A stretch of DNA of 64,000 nt from a virus, in the IMG/VR virus record IMGVR_UViG_3300035698_015907. One strand, given 5' to 3'. The translations under genes were made by a program, and so were the position numbers. The notes beneath the pieces are model-generated. The model had not been told where the DNA came from and searched no databases. It saw only the letters and a list, made by a program, of their open reading frames with translations. Shown here piece after piece: positions 48,783 to 59,942 of the stretch; the first letter of the stretch is position 1, and each line of letters begins with the position of its first letter.

Positions 48783-50495
48783 AGCCGTCTATATGTATTA
48801 GTTAGATTTAGATGTATTTTAGAAATCCTTTTTGTCTTATTTATTAATTGACATTTATGATTATGTATGGTATTATAAAACAAATATCATGAAAGGTTTC
48901 TTAAATGAAGAAAGTTGTGTTGATTACTTTTGTTTCTAGTCTAGATGATGAAATTATCATCACTGTCCCAGAATTAGAAACACAGACTGTTAAGGATTAT
49001 TTTACTCTCGGGGGAAGAAATCTTCAAGATTATGACCGAGTAGAATATTCTGATGATATTTCTATCAACCCTAGGATGAGAATTAACGGTCAGATTGCTA
49101 GCTCTAGCAATTAGTAAAATCCATAGTTATATGAAAGAATTAACATGGCAAAAGTTACAAATCGCGCAATCATCTCGTTTTCAGCAGTATTAACATTAGA
49201 AGAAGAAGAAATTAGAGCGCTTGATGCTTTAGTTGGATATGGTGATGATGCTTTCATAGAAGAATTTAAGGAACGTCTTGGGAAATCTTATTTGCGCGAT
49301 CATGAAAATGGTTTGCGTTCTGCTTTCAGTGCTATTCGCAGCCAAGTTCTACCAGCACTAAGTACTATTGATGAAGCTCGGCGCCGGTTATCAGTTGATG
49401 TGCCCAATAGTTAATTGTACATGAGAAGATTGTTATGAGCAATAAGCATGTTATGAAGTTTAAAGGAAAAACTTTTACTTTCACGGATGATGATATTATC
49501 AAGTGGTCAGTTGGTATTGAATTGACTTCTAATAATATTGTAGAAGAGTGTGTCCTATTAGCTCTTACTGATAATTGGCTAGATGACATTGAACACTCAC
49601 AGCTTGCTCATACTCCAAGAAAAGAACTTGATGATTTTTTCGAGTTTGGTATGACTGCACTAATCAAAAAAATCTTCAAAAAAGAAAAAACTACTGTCTA
49701 AATCCAATCTTCAGAAAAAAAAGAAGTGTTGACATTGTGCTACTATTGTGGTACAATGTTTACATTATTGACACCCTCTGGAGTAGAATATAATGCAGGG
49801 TGAAGTCACCATATCTAATAGAATAATAAACTACGATATAATAAGAGGATTTTTTCATATTAAATCATCTTGGTTAAAAGAGATGAATGATATTATGTAC
49901 GTTAATATGTCTGATAAAAATGTCAAATATGTTTTTGAAGATTATATTATGGGTGAAGAAATGAATGGTTTTATATATGGTCCCGAAGATAAAACCGTAA
50001 ATCATGTTTTAGTTATTTGGGACGATTAGGAAGATAATGACAACAATTAATACTGCAGTGTTGTTCCCTGATGTAAGCATGAGTGAAGTCATGCATAAAT
50101 TCAGAGCGTCAAAAGGAACAATAATTCTTAGAGCTTATTCTCCAAAAGCTGCTAGGCCTAAGAAGCCTAAGTTTGAACCAGGTCAGCCTAGAGTAAAGCT
50201 TGAAAAAGAAGTAAATCTACAACATTGGAATATTGATTTTATTGGGCCAAGACCTGAATTAACTGGTTTAGCTCATGAAGGTTGATAATGAAAGGGAACA
50301 TAATGACAGTTGACAGATTCAGCAACTAAGAAAAGAAGAAGTAGAAAGAACAAAAGCGATCCATTATCTCAAAAAGAATCAGATCGTTTAGTTCAAGAAT
50401 TTCTTGACTCTGGCGGAAAGGTTAAGAAATATAGAACTGGCGCCACTTCAAAAAAGAAAGAATAGACATTTCGTCTAGAAATTAAAGGAAATTAA

Positions 50496-50963
50496 ATGAA
50501 TAAGTTTATTACTGCAGCTTTTGCTGCTCTTGCTCTTGCTTCGGTAAGTATGCCTGCTGTATCACAGGATCAGGTTGAGATTGGACGTCTCTCTTGTGAT
50601 GTAGATGGAGGTCTAGGTTTTATTATCGGTTCTAGCAAGGATATGTCCTGCGCTTTTATTCGGGCTGGACAAGAGACTGAATATTTTGATGGCACTATCA
50701 AGAAGCTTGGTCTTGACATTGGATTCACGGCCGCCAGCAGAATTGAATGGCTAGTCTTCTCAGCAAATCCTAGTCAGGTCGAAGAAAGCTCACTTGCTGG
50801 TACATATGTAGGTGCTTCTTCTGAAGCAAGTCTCGGTGTTGGACTTGGTGCTAATTGGTTGGTAGGCGGATCGGAACGTGGTGTTGCACTCCAGCCATGG
50901 AGTGCTCAGGGATCGCTCGGTCTTAATCTCACTATGGCAGTTGCTACGCTCGAGCTTTATTGA
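50496..50963 (+). CDS. DUF992 exported protein
   Basis: signal peptide; G.L.C.V.GG.GFIIGSS....C.F; LAGTYVG; LQP.S.QG..GLN. Confidence 0.85.
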   Translation: MNKFITAAFAALALASVSMPAVSQDQVEIGRLSCDVDGGLGFIIGSSKDMSCAFIRAGQETEYFDGTIKKLGLDIGFTAASRIEWLVFSANPSQVEESSLAGTYVGASSEASLGVGLGANWLVGGSERGVALQPWSAQGSLGLNLTMAVATLELY

Positions 50964-51442
50964 TCAAAACGGGAGGGGAATTTCCCTTCCCAATCTATAT
51001 GAAAGAAAAACATGCAAGAAATTACTCCTGCTACCAAGAAAATAATTCATTCTATCACTTGTGATTGTTGTAAAGTGAAATATGATGATATTTTTGAAAT
51101 TCAAGAATTTTTATCATGGGAAGATGTGGCAGGATACGGTAACAGCAATTATGGTGATGGAAGTAAGTTGGCTCTAGATTTATGCCAATACTGTACTGCG
51201 AATTTATTAAGTAGATATATCAGACGCGAAGAAGATTATGTTTGAATTTATAATAGTAATTATTTGGTTATTTTTCGCAGGTTGGTCATTTGGAAATCTT
51301 ATTTCTGATTATGATTATGATAAATCAAAAGATTCTTTTGTTCCAATATTCATGTTCTGTTCTGTTTAGCTTTTGCACCTTTTGTTGCTGGTGTGATATT
51401 AGCAGAAATAACAATAAAAAACAAATCTAAAGAAGATGAAAA

Positions 51443-51886
51443 ATGAAAAATTCTGAAGACGACTATATTACTGCCTCAAATAGAAAATTCCTTTATGGTG
51501 CGTTCGGTATTGTATTTCTAATTGTATTTCTAATTGTTACTTGGATGGTTGTTGCTCCGCAGTATAATGTCTGGGCTCAGAGGCTAGCTGGTGAAGCTAG
51601 ACTAGAAGAAGCTAAGTCTTCACGACAGATTGCAGTCCAAGAAGCCCAAGCATCTTTTGATGCTGCAGATTTCACTGCTAAAGCAGAAGTTCGGCGAGCG
51701 CAAGGTGTAGCTGAAGCTAATAAGATTATCGCAGACAGTCTTGGCGGTTCTGAAGGTTATCTCCGCTGGAGGTATATTGAGATGCTTGAGAATTCTGATT
51801 CTGGAGTCACAATTATATACATTCCAACAGAAGCTGGTCTTCCTATTCTTGAAGCAGGCAGAGCTCCTATAAGTGATCTAAAATGA
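51443..51886 (+). CDS. membrane protease-regulator-like (SPFH-related) protein
   Basis: PQYNVW..GEA.L..AEVRRAQGVAEANKII..IYIPTEAGLPILEA. Confidence 0.7.
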   Translation: MKNSEDDYITASNRKFLYGAFGIVFLIVFLIVTWMVVAPQYNVWAQRLAGEARLEEAKSSRQIAVQEAQASFDAADFTAKAEVRRAQGVAEANKIIADSLGGSEGYLRWRYIEMLENSDSGVTIIYIPTEAGLPILEAGRAPISDLK

Positions 51887-52320
51887 AATATGTAAAAATT
51901 ACTGTTGAATTTCCCATTCCTATTCGGGAAGAAGAAAATGTAGATTATGGTGATTTTGAAGATTCTATGCAATTTTGGGAAGCTAATCCATCTCCAATTG
52001 AAATTTCTAAAGAAGTAAATAATATTTTTGAAAGTGAGCACTGTGGTATAGCTGAATATAAAACTACAGTAGTAACAGCAGAGTTTTTGATAAATGAAAG
52101 ATGTTCTAGGAAAAGAAGTCGGGCCCGGAGATAATATTGTGTATGTTACTCGACGCGGTTCTTATATGGGTTTTCATAAAGCTGAGATTATATCCGAAAG
52201 TACTGATAAATACGGTAATACAATTTTGAATGTTTCGATTGATGAAGACTGCGAACCACGCAAAGTAACTAAAAAGAATCGAATATTAACTGCAAATCAT
52301 TTTGTTAAAGTAGATTAGAA

Positions 52321-52854
52321 ATGAAAAGACGTAGTTTCATAATCGGTGCTGCAGCATTATCAGGTTTTAGCACTGCTACTGTTAATGTTTTTGCTTCAGA
52401 AACTAGTAAAGAAGAATTTTCATTTCTTCGTGTGTATGGGAATGAAAACTTCTCTATTAAACTTGATACAGAATATTTAGATGCATATTCTTCTTATCAA
52501 GAAGCTTTAGCATCTTTAGTACCAAAATTAAAAGTAGATGAACTTTATTCACGTATTATTTCATCTATATCTGATATAAAGTATGCTGATTGGATAGCAG
52601 GAAATCAAGTAGCTAGGAGATCTAGAAGAGGTATAGGTTATTCTATAGATATTTCTAAAGTAACTAATGACTTTGATTTACATCTTGTAGCATATGATCA
52701 CAAATTAACGTTAAAAGATGGATCAAAACCAGATTCATTTATTATTAATAATAAAAATGGTATATTTGCTATTCATCCTGATTATGAAAAATATGCAATA
52801 ATGTATCATAAGCAGTTTCTATCACCAGGAGTAAATGTACGGGAGTACGACTAA
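52321..52854 (+). CDS. hypothetical protein with Tat-like leader and a capsid-like RRG segment
   Basis: MKRRSFIIGAAA; GNQVARRSRRGIG. Confidence 0.55.
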   Translation: MKRRSFIIGAAALSGFSTATVNVFASETSKEEFSFLRVYGNENFSIKLDTEYLDAYSSYQEALASLVPKLKVDELYSRIISSISDIKYADWIAGNQVARRSRRGIGYSIDISKVTNDFDLHLVAYDHKLTLKDGSKPDSFIINNKNGIFAIHPDYEKYAIMYHKQFLSPGVNVREYD

Positions 52855-53532
52855 ATGAAAAGAGAAATTCACTTACTACCAGCAGAAGGCGGCGAAGATG
52901 CTAAGCTCTTTGTTACCGATCTGAAAAAAGTATTCCAGAAGCTTGCTATTAATAATGACTGGAATTTTGATTGAAGAGATTCATCCAGAGGGATGGTTCT
53001 TAATATTGAAGGAAAGAATCTTTCTTCAATAGATAATCTAAATGGAGGCATACGTATTCAGCGAGTCCCTCCAACAGAAAAACGCGGAAGAGTTCATACA
53101 TCAACTGTTACTATAGCAGTTCTACAAGAAAAAAAGAACTTTGATTCTAATCTTGAAATGCGTTCAGATAAAGACTTCCGAATAGACTGGTTCTCAGGAA
53201 CTGGTAAAGGTGGTCAACATCGCAACAAATCCCAAAATTCATGTAGAGTAACTCACATTCCAACTGGAATGACTGAGACACGGCAATCTCGAAGTCGTGA
53301 AAATAATATGACTCAAGCTATAGATGCTCTAAATTCTAAATTAGATTCTATGGGCAATGAGAATATACATTCTTCTATGTCTAAAGATAAGAAGAAGAAA
53401 GTTGGAAGCGGAATGCGCGGTGATAAATTCATTACTATCCAGTTCCAAAATGACCGAGTCACTAATCACGACAATGGAAAACAGTGCACCGCCACCCAAT
53501 TCATGAAAGGAAAATTAGAATTAATATGGTAA
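52855..53532 (+). CDS. class I peptide release factor (RF1-type PxT, no domain 1) with in-frame TGA at codon 40
   Basis: SD GGGAG; MKREIHLLPAEGGEDAKLFV..WNFD*RDSS..RIQRVPPTEKRGRVHTS..GTGKGGQHRNK..RVTHIPTG; TGA 52972-74. Confidence 0.85.
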
Positions 53533-53862
53533 TTTCAGTAGAAATTATAGATCGTTACATTAAGATGATCGAAGAAGCTATATCAGAATCACCGAATGAT
53601 GATCAATATACATCATATTCTCATCTTATATGGATGCTTAATGAAATTAAGACTGGAGAAATGCAATATGGTAAATCTAATCGTTGGTTAGGATTTGTTC
53701 AGGGTATTATTATTGAGAGAGGCTTAACTACAATCAACGAAGAACGCGATTTTACGCGGCCATTTTTTCATGAAGAATTTACGTCAAAATTAGGGGTTGA
53801 CACCTAACCCGAAAATTGGTAGGTTAGCAAGGTCAATTGGTCAACCTTGGAAAGGAAACCCC

Positions 53863-54717
53863 GTGATTAATTCTAAAGAAGCTCAGTCGCGTGATAATGT
53901 CCGTCGCCGTGTTAATAGAGCGGCCCAGTCAGGAAACAATGTCGTTTCTCTTCATGATGACTCGGAAATTTTCAATCGCATTGAGAGCCGGTTCCGTATC
54001 CTTGATAAACTGTCCGACTCAGTAATTTCAGGCAAGTCAAATGCTCTTATTCTCTCGGGTCCTCCGGGAGTTGGCAAGTCTCATCTTCTTGAGAAGAAGG
54101 TTGCTAAGTACGATCCCAACGCCATCAATGTTAATGTATCTAAGGGATACATTCGAACAACTGCTCTTTATCGTATTCTTTGGGAATGTCGTGAGAAGGG
54201 TCAGTTGGCAGTGTTTGATGATGCTGACTCTGTGTTTGGCGATCTCAATTCTCTAAATCTTCTTAAGTCAGCCCTTGATACTGGAAAAAATCGAGTTCTC
54301 ACTTATGGTTCCGACTATGTTATTACTGACTCTCAGGGTCGAAAGGTTCCTAATAAGTTCGAATTTTCGGGTTCGGCAATTTTCATTACTAATTACGACT
54401 TTGACGCGTTGATTGAGAAGAAGCATAAATTCTCAGAACACTTCAAAGCTCTCATGTCAAGATCCCACTATGTGACTCTTGGTATGCGTACTCCTCGTGA
54501 TTATTTGGTGCGTATTCACCAAGTTGTAGAAACTCCGGAATTTGCTGAAGAACATGAAGTTGATTCTCAGACTATCGAAGAAATTCTTGAATATATCGAT
54601 CATAATTATGATCGAATGCGAGAGCTGTCGATCAGGTCTGCAAAGAAGCTGATCGATCTTCGGGAAACTGATCCTGATGGTTGGCAAGAACTTGCTGATC
54701 TGACTTGTCTGATTTAG
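53863..54717 (+). CDS. AAA-family P-loop ATPase
   Basis: GPPGVGKS, VFDDAD, FITN, ALMSR; GTG start after GGAAAGGA. Confidence 0.85.
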   Translation: MINSKEAQSRDNVRRRVNRAAQSGNNVVSLHDDSEIFNRIESRFRILDKLSDSVISGKSNALILSGPPGVGKSHLLEKKVAKYDPNAINVNVSKGYIRTTALYRILWECREKGQLAVFDDADSVFGDLNSLNLLKSALDTGKNRVLTYGSDYVITDSQGRKVPNKFEFSGSAIFITNYDFDALIEKKHKFSEHFKALMSRSHYVTLGMRTPRDYLVRIHQVVETPEFAEEHEVDSQTIEEILEYIDHNYDRMRELSIRSAKKLIDLRETDPDGWQELADLTCLI

Positions 54718-54887
54718 ATTTTATCAGTTAAGGTGTAGATGCCACATCTCTCCTTTCCACCCGACCAATGATGTGGCAGCTGCTCCTAGGGCGGGATTAA
54801 TTTCCCGCCCTAAATTTATTTGTTGACACCGAAAATTACATATGGTAATATGTTCCCATAATAAGAATTCCAACTGGAGTATATGGA

Positions 54888-55844
54888 ATGTCCGTTACTA
54901 ATAATATTATGCCTGAAACTTACGCTGATGTAAAAGCCCCGTGGTCTGGGCTTGGAACACCAGTCAATAATGACATGACTGCTCAGCAGATGCTGATCGC
55001 ATCAGGGTGCGATTGGCGAGTGGAAAAGTTTCCGAACATTATTCGTATCGGGGGTAGTGATCTCTACACCGGCACCGAAGCATTGGTTCGTATGAGTGAT
55101 AACAAGGTTCTCTCGGCTAATGTTGGTCCTGAGTGGGAACCTCTCCAAAATTCTGAAGCTTTCGACTTCTTTGAGCAGTTTGTTAAAGAAGGCAAAATGA
55201 CAATGGAAACTGCAGGTTCGCTTCGTGGTGGACTTGTTGTCTGGGCTCTTGCGAAAGTTGGCAAGGCTTTTGATATTTTCAAGGGCGATGTTGTTGAGTC
55301 TTATCTTTTGTTCTCATGTTCGCATGAATATGGTCGAGCAACTGTAGTAGATTTTACACCAATTCGTGTTGCTTGTTGGAATACTCTCAAGATGGCTCTT
55401 TCCAACAAGACCAATAAGGCTGCTGTGGTGAACCACCGAGCAAAGTTTGAACCTACTAAGGTCCAGGAACTTCTTGGTATTGCTGACTCTAAGTTCAGTG
55501 ACTTCAAAGAACAGTCCCAGTTCCTTGGTTCTAAGAAAGCAACCGATGAACAGGTTCTTGAATTTCTCAAAGAGACTTGGCCTGTTATCTCGAAAGGAAA
55601 GAAGCCTGCTTCTAAGTCAATTTCCAAGTTGGCTAAGCAAGCTTTCGATCTTTATCCGAATCAGCCTGGTTCGGAATATGCTACCGGAACTTGGTGGCAA
55701 GCATTCAATGCAGTGTCTTATATGGTAGATCATGAACTCTGCCGTGATCAAGATACTCGCCTTTATCTGTCTTGGTATGGTTTGACTCGTGATACCAAGA
55801 CGAAAGCTTTTAATCGGGCTCTTGAGTCTGCAAAAGCAGCGTAA
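54888..55844 (+). CDS. DUF932 (TIGR03299-like) protein
   Basis: PWSGLG, LQNSEAFDFF, ETAGSLRGG, TPIRVACWNTL, GTWWQAFNAV. Confidence 0.85.
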   Translation: MSVTNNIMPETYADVKAPWSGLGTPVNNDMTAQQMLIASGCDWRVEKFPNIIRIGGSDLYTGTEALVRMSDNKVLSANVGPEWEPLQNSEAFDFFEQFVKEGKMTMETAGSLRGGLVVWALAKVGKAFDIFKGDVVESYLLFSCSHEYGRATVVDFTPIRVACWNTLKMALSNKTNKAAVVNHRAKFEPTKVQELLGIADSKFSDFKEQSQFLGSKKATDEQVLEFLKETWPVISKGKKPASKSISKLAKQAFDLYPNQPGSEYATGTWWQAFNAVSYMVDHELCRDQDTRLYLSWYGLTRDTKTKAFNRALESAKAA

Positions 55845-55900
55845 TTAATTGGGTGGGAGAAATCCCACCTGATATTATTTCATGAAGTAGGAGTGATATT

Positions 55901-56362
55901 GTGGCTAAGAAGATGAAGACTTTTAGTAATGCAGAAATTACGCGTCTCCGAGAAAGTTTTGAGGAGCACATGAAGCCGTGGTTGGAGAAGTATGGTCTTC
56001 GCATGGATGTTGGCGAAGTCGGTTTCAATCCACACTCGATGCGTATTGAGCGCACTCGATTTACGATTCCGTCAGCGCTAAAGGATCATCAGGTTAAGAA
56101 GCTACAGATGACTCTTCAGACGCACAAGATTATTCCTCTAGGACGTGACTCTACGTTGCGGTCTGATACTCTGCGCTTGGTTGGGTATAAGTATAAAAAC
56201 ACTGTCAACCCATGGGTGGTTGAGCCCATACACGGTGGCCCAGAGAGGACCATTGACGACACTGAGGCCCGTCTCCATTTTGCCGAGTTGGTCCCACTCA
56301 GCGCCGACACTGGTGTCAGTGTGCAGACGCCCAAAATGTTAGAAGTACACAATGCAACATAA
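55901..56362 (+). CDS. hypothetical protein, paralog of 62836..63252
   Basis: shared layout ending LVG(Y/H)....NPW. Confidence 0.6.
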   Translation: MAKKMKTFSNAEITRLRESFEEHMKPWLEKYGLRMDVGEVGFNPHSMRIERTRFTIPSALKDHQVKKLQMTLQTHKIIPLGRDSTLRSDTLRLVGYKYKNTVNPWVVEPIHGGPERTIDDTEARLHFAELVPLSADTGVSVQTPKMLEVHNAT

Positions 56363-57322
56363 TGATTTGAATTCTGACGTAATTCGGCTGATGCAACTCA
56401 ATGAAGCTAGGACTTATTGCTGTCATGCTCCAAATGGTATTCCGTTTGATGAAGTAATTAAATCTATTTTCATGGAAATAAATGAGATACGCAACAGAAT
56501 TAGAAGCTTTGCTGATGGTAAATCTTATGAAACATATGTTTCTAACGAGGATACATTAGAAGCTCTTCTTGCATATCAAAATGCTATTGCTGATGTTCTC
56601 ATGGAAGGTGGTGTTCTTACACCTGAGAATGGTGATATGAATTCTTGGTGGCAGAAAATAATTGATGCGCAAGTACAAGGTGCACAAGTCATTAGAAATA
56701 TCAAAAAACACAAAATTGACATATGAACTTAGAGTTTTCTTTGTTCTATTTGCTGGTGTTTTGTTGATGGCATTTCAGTATTTTTCAATGCGCCTGCATT
56801 CATTAAAAATGTCATATTTCTCTTTGGTGTTGTTGTAGTTTTTTACACCGGTTTTGCATCTCTCCTTACAGGTTTCTAATGAAAAATCAAATCTATCTTT
56901 ACGAAATTTTGGTTCCTACCGTGAGAAATGACGGTCGTCCATTTAGAACTAGATTTCACAGAGTGTGGGATAAAAAGATTCGAGATTTGACCTGTGGCTT
57001 AACGATCATGCAACCTGCTAAAGGTCAGTGGATCGATGTGTCAACAGGGAATCTTTATTCTGAGCGGATGATTCCTGTGAGAATTGCATGTACATATGAG
57101 CAGCTGCAGACTGTGATCGATATAACAATAGAATACTATGATCAACTTGCAGTCATGGCTTATAGAATTGCTGATCAAGTAATTATAAAGACAAAGAAAC
57201 AATGACATTTTCCATTATTATCGTCTTAGCCATTTTTGCTTCATTTATTATTGTAGTAAGTGAACTTGACTATCGTGAATGGAAAAAGATAGAAGCTAAA
57301 AGAAGGGAACAGGAGAGAAATT

Positions 57323-57802
57323 ATGTCTAGGTATCCTAAAACTCATCAAGAAATGTTCAATATTCTAGCTGAACATCTTATTAGTCAGGGAACACGATCC
57401 ACCCGCTCCTTAAGCGCTGGGTGCGTTTATAGAACTTCAGCTGGATTGAAGTGTGGAGTAGGTTGTTTTATTCTAGACGAAGATTATCGTGAATGGATGG
57501 ATGAAAAGGGGTCAACCTCTTTTATGACACTTATTGAACGTGCAGAAGCCGTAAAAAGATCAGATATTAATCCAGAACTGCTGGAGTTTCTACTAGCTAA
57601 TCAAGATATTCTTTATCAGTTTCAGCAACTCCATGATTCAATAAATCCATTTTTGTGGCCAATTGCTCTTATGAAAATGGTAATCAAGATGGATCTCGAA
57701 ATTCCATCTTGCTTAGATGAAACAAATGAACAAATAGATAAAATGGATGATTACGAAAAAAGTGAACTCTATGATATTGTATGTTATGAGAATGCATGTT
57801 GA
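57323..57802 (+). CDS. hypothetical protein
   Basis: HLISQG..CVYR..GLKCGVGCFI..FQQLHD. Confidence 0.65.
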   Translation: MSRYPKTHQEMFNILAEHLISQGTRSTRSLSAGCVYRTSAGLKCGVGCFILDEDYREWMDEKGSTSFMTLIERAEAVKRSDINPELLEFLLANQDILYQFQQLHDSINPFLWPIALMKMVIKMDLEIPSCLDETNEQIDKMDDYEKSELYDIVCYENAC

Positions 57803-58076
57803 AAAAATATAGTTTCACAATGAAAGTTTCTGATCCAGAACTTAACCAAGTGTCATCTTTGCAAATGACACTTAAATCTAGTTCAGCTCCTGCTTCTATT
57901 ATAGCGCTGAAAAAATATATCCATGCAATGGATCTTGTTGGTAAAGTATCGATCACATCATTTTCTGGCTTTGTAGGAAATGAAAAATTCGACCTTCCTG
58001 ATATAATTTAGAATTCCCATGTGGGATGTTGTGAAGCGCAGAAATTCTTCTGTGTAAATTTGAAAGAGAGTGAAAA

Positions 58077-58595
58077 ATGATTAAGCGGTTTGGATTGACA
58101 TTTCTAGCCCTGGCTCTGAGCACCAGCGCTGTTTTTGCTGCAGGTATTCCTGTTGGATGTTCTGATGGTTCGCGCAATGAACCTCAGGCGCCGACTGTTA
58201 TTCCTGCTTGGAATGAAGATGTTGCTGATATTCTTCATGAAGCAGAGTTCGAGACTCATACGACTATTTTAGGTGGACCTCAGTATCCTGTTATCATCGT
58301 TCCCCAGTCGAAGTATTGTGGACCTGAATATGCTGGTACTGGCTATCAGCGCGAGAATGGTTTTTGCGATATCGTCGCTCGAGGCCCTGAGACTACGTCG
58401 CGCCGGTCTAAGAGCGAAGAAATTCTTGTTGCTGAAGAGTGGGTCGAAGTAACTCCCGATATTGAACATCCTGAAGAAGTTATTCCGAATCCGGATCTTG
58501 TAGTCCCGACTTTGACTGTGACGTGGCTTGATTTCTATAACTGGCAGCCGGTCATCACGTATACTACTCATGATGGGTCTTGCCCTTCTCACTAA
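58077..58595 (+). CDS. secreted hypothetical protein
   Basis: Sec signal peptide ending AVFA. Confidence 0.6.
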   Translation: MIKRFGLTFLALALSTSAVFAAGIPVGCSDGSRNEPQAPTVIPAWNEDVADILHEAEFETHTTILGGPQYPVIIVPQSKYCGPEYAGTGYQRENGFCDIVARGPETTSRRSKSEEILVAEEWVEVTPDIEHPEEVIPNPDLVVPTLTVTWLDFYNWQPVITYTTHDGSCPSH

Positions 58596-59055
58596 AATAG
58601 ACAACTGAAAGAGAGAAGGGGCACCACTGCTCTCTTCTCTCTATTATAAGTTGACATTAGCGCACACTGTAGTATTATACATTAAATTCCTAAGTTATAA
58701 GCAGAAAAAACTGTTAGAAAACAATGGCTTTAATGTTGCTATTCTGACCTATATCGGCGCACCATTAGATAACCTAATAAAACGCATATAGTTCTTTATC
58801 TCTGTCGTACTTTTTGATGAAAAAAGAGAAATATGAATATCAGACGTATGATAAAAGATCAATTTAATGGCATCTATGAATCTTTCATTCATAATGGGGT
58901 TCCAATTAATCACACAGACATGAAAGATTTGGTTCAAAACCTTTATATTCCAGCAGAAGGTTGGAATGAAGATATTGTATCTGATTCACTGATACTTGTT
59001 AATAATCTAATTCGAAAATTTCCACCTCCTATTCAAACAGTAACTACTAAATGGG

Positions 59056-59610
59056 ATGATGAAGATGGCTTTTAAGTTTGAAGAATATCTATCTAAGTAC
59101 GATGGTTGGTCAGATATTGTTGTTGTTAAATCTGACAATTTTCTGACTGATTTACAGCGCTCAAATCTTCGAAAGCTTGCCACATATCTATGGGATTCTA
59201 TTCCACCCCCAAAGTTCAGTATGGGTTCATGGATTAATTTCACCAAACAATGGCCAGCTGAATTACGAGGTTGGTCAGGAATTGCACATGATCTTGGTGT
59301 TATTAAAATAGAATACTACACTAATCCGGTGTTTGGAACTGTTGCGTGTGCGGCAGGTCATGGTCCTATGCTTGGATTAAGTGCACCTGAAATTGATAAA
59401 CACAAGATAAACAAAACCAAGTTCGGCTGGAATACTTATATAGAAGAAGTTTTTGGTGTCCGAATGTATGATATATCTTTTGACTGGTTGTTCGAATCGT
59501 CATGGGTATCGTATGACAATACTCCTCAAGGTGCAGCAGCTAGAATAGAATATTTTCTACATCATAACGCATGTCCTACTATTGATCTCACGGAGTATGA
59601 CTTATGGTGA
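59056..59610 (+). CDS. hypothetical protein, paralog of 59943..60431
   Basis: PPPKF..TVACAAGHGP..FDWLF..W...DNTPQGAAARI. Confidence 0.7.
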   Translation: MMKMAFKFEEYLSKYDGWSDIVVVKSDNFLTDLQRSNLRKLATYLWDSIPPPKFSMGSWINFTKQWPAELRGWSGIAHDLGVIKIEYYTNPVFGTVACAAGHGPMLGLSAPEIDKHKINKTKFGWNTYIEEVFGVRMYDISFDWLFESSWVSYDNTPQGAAARIEYFLHHNACPTIDLTEYDLW

Positions 59611-59942
59611 ATAAACAGAACTTCAATAAACTCATGACTTCATTAATGAGCCCCCGAAAGCTGGACATTTAATATGTCAATGGATTGATGAACAGAATTG
59701 CACCTTCTGTATCGCGGGTGCGTGTGAAATGATTAGTGCAAAAGAGGAAGATAGACCAATTTCTAAATGGCCATATCAAATCTTAGATAATGCATATGAA
59801 TTCTTGAAAATCTCACAGTATAGTGCAGAATATCTATTCGCACCTAGGGGTTTGTATCTAGATATTATTACAGATCAAGATGCTCTTGAGACTATCGAAC
59901 ACTACAAGCTAACACAAAAAGTAATATGGGAAGTATTATAAG

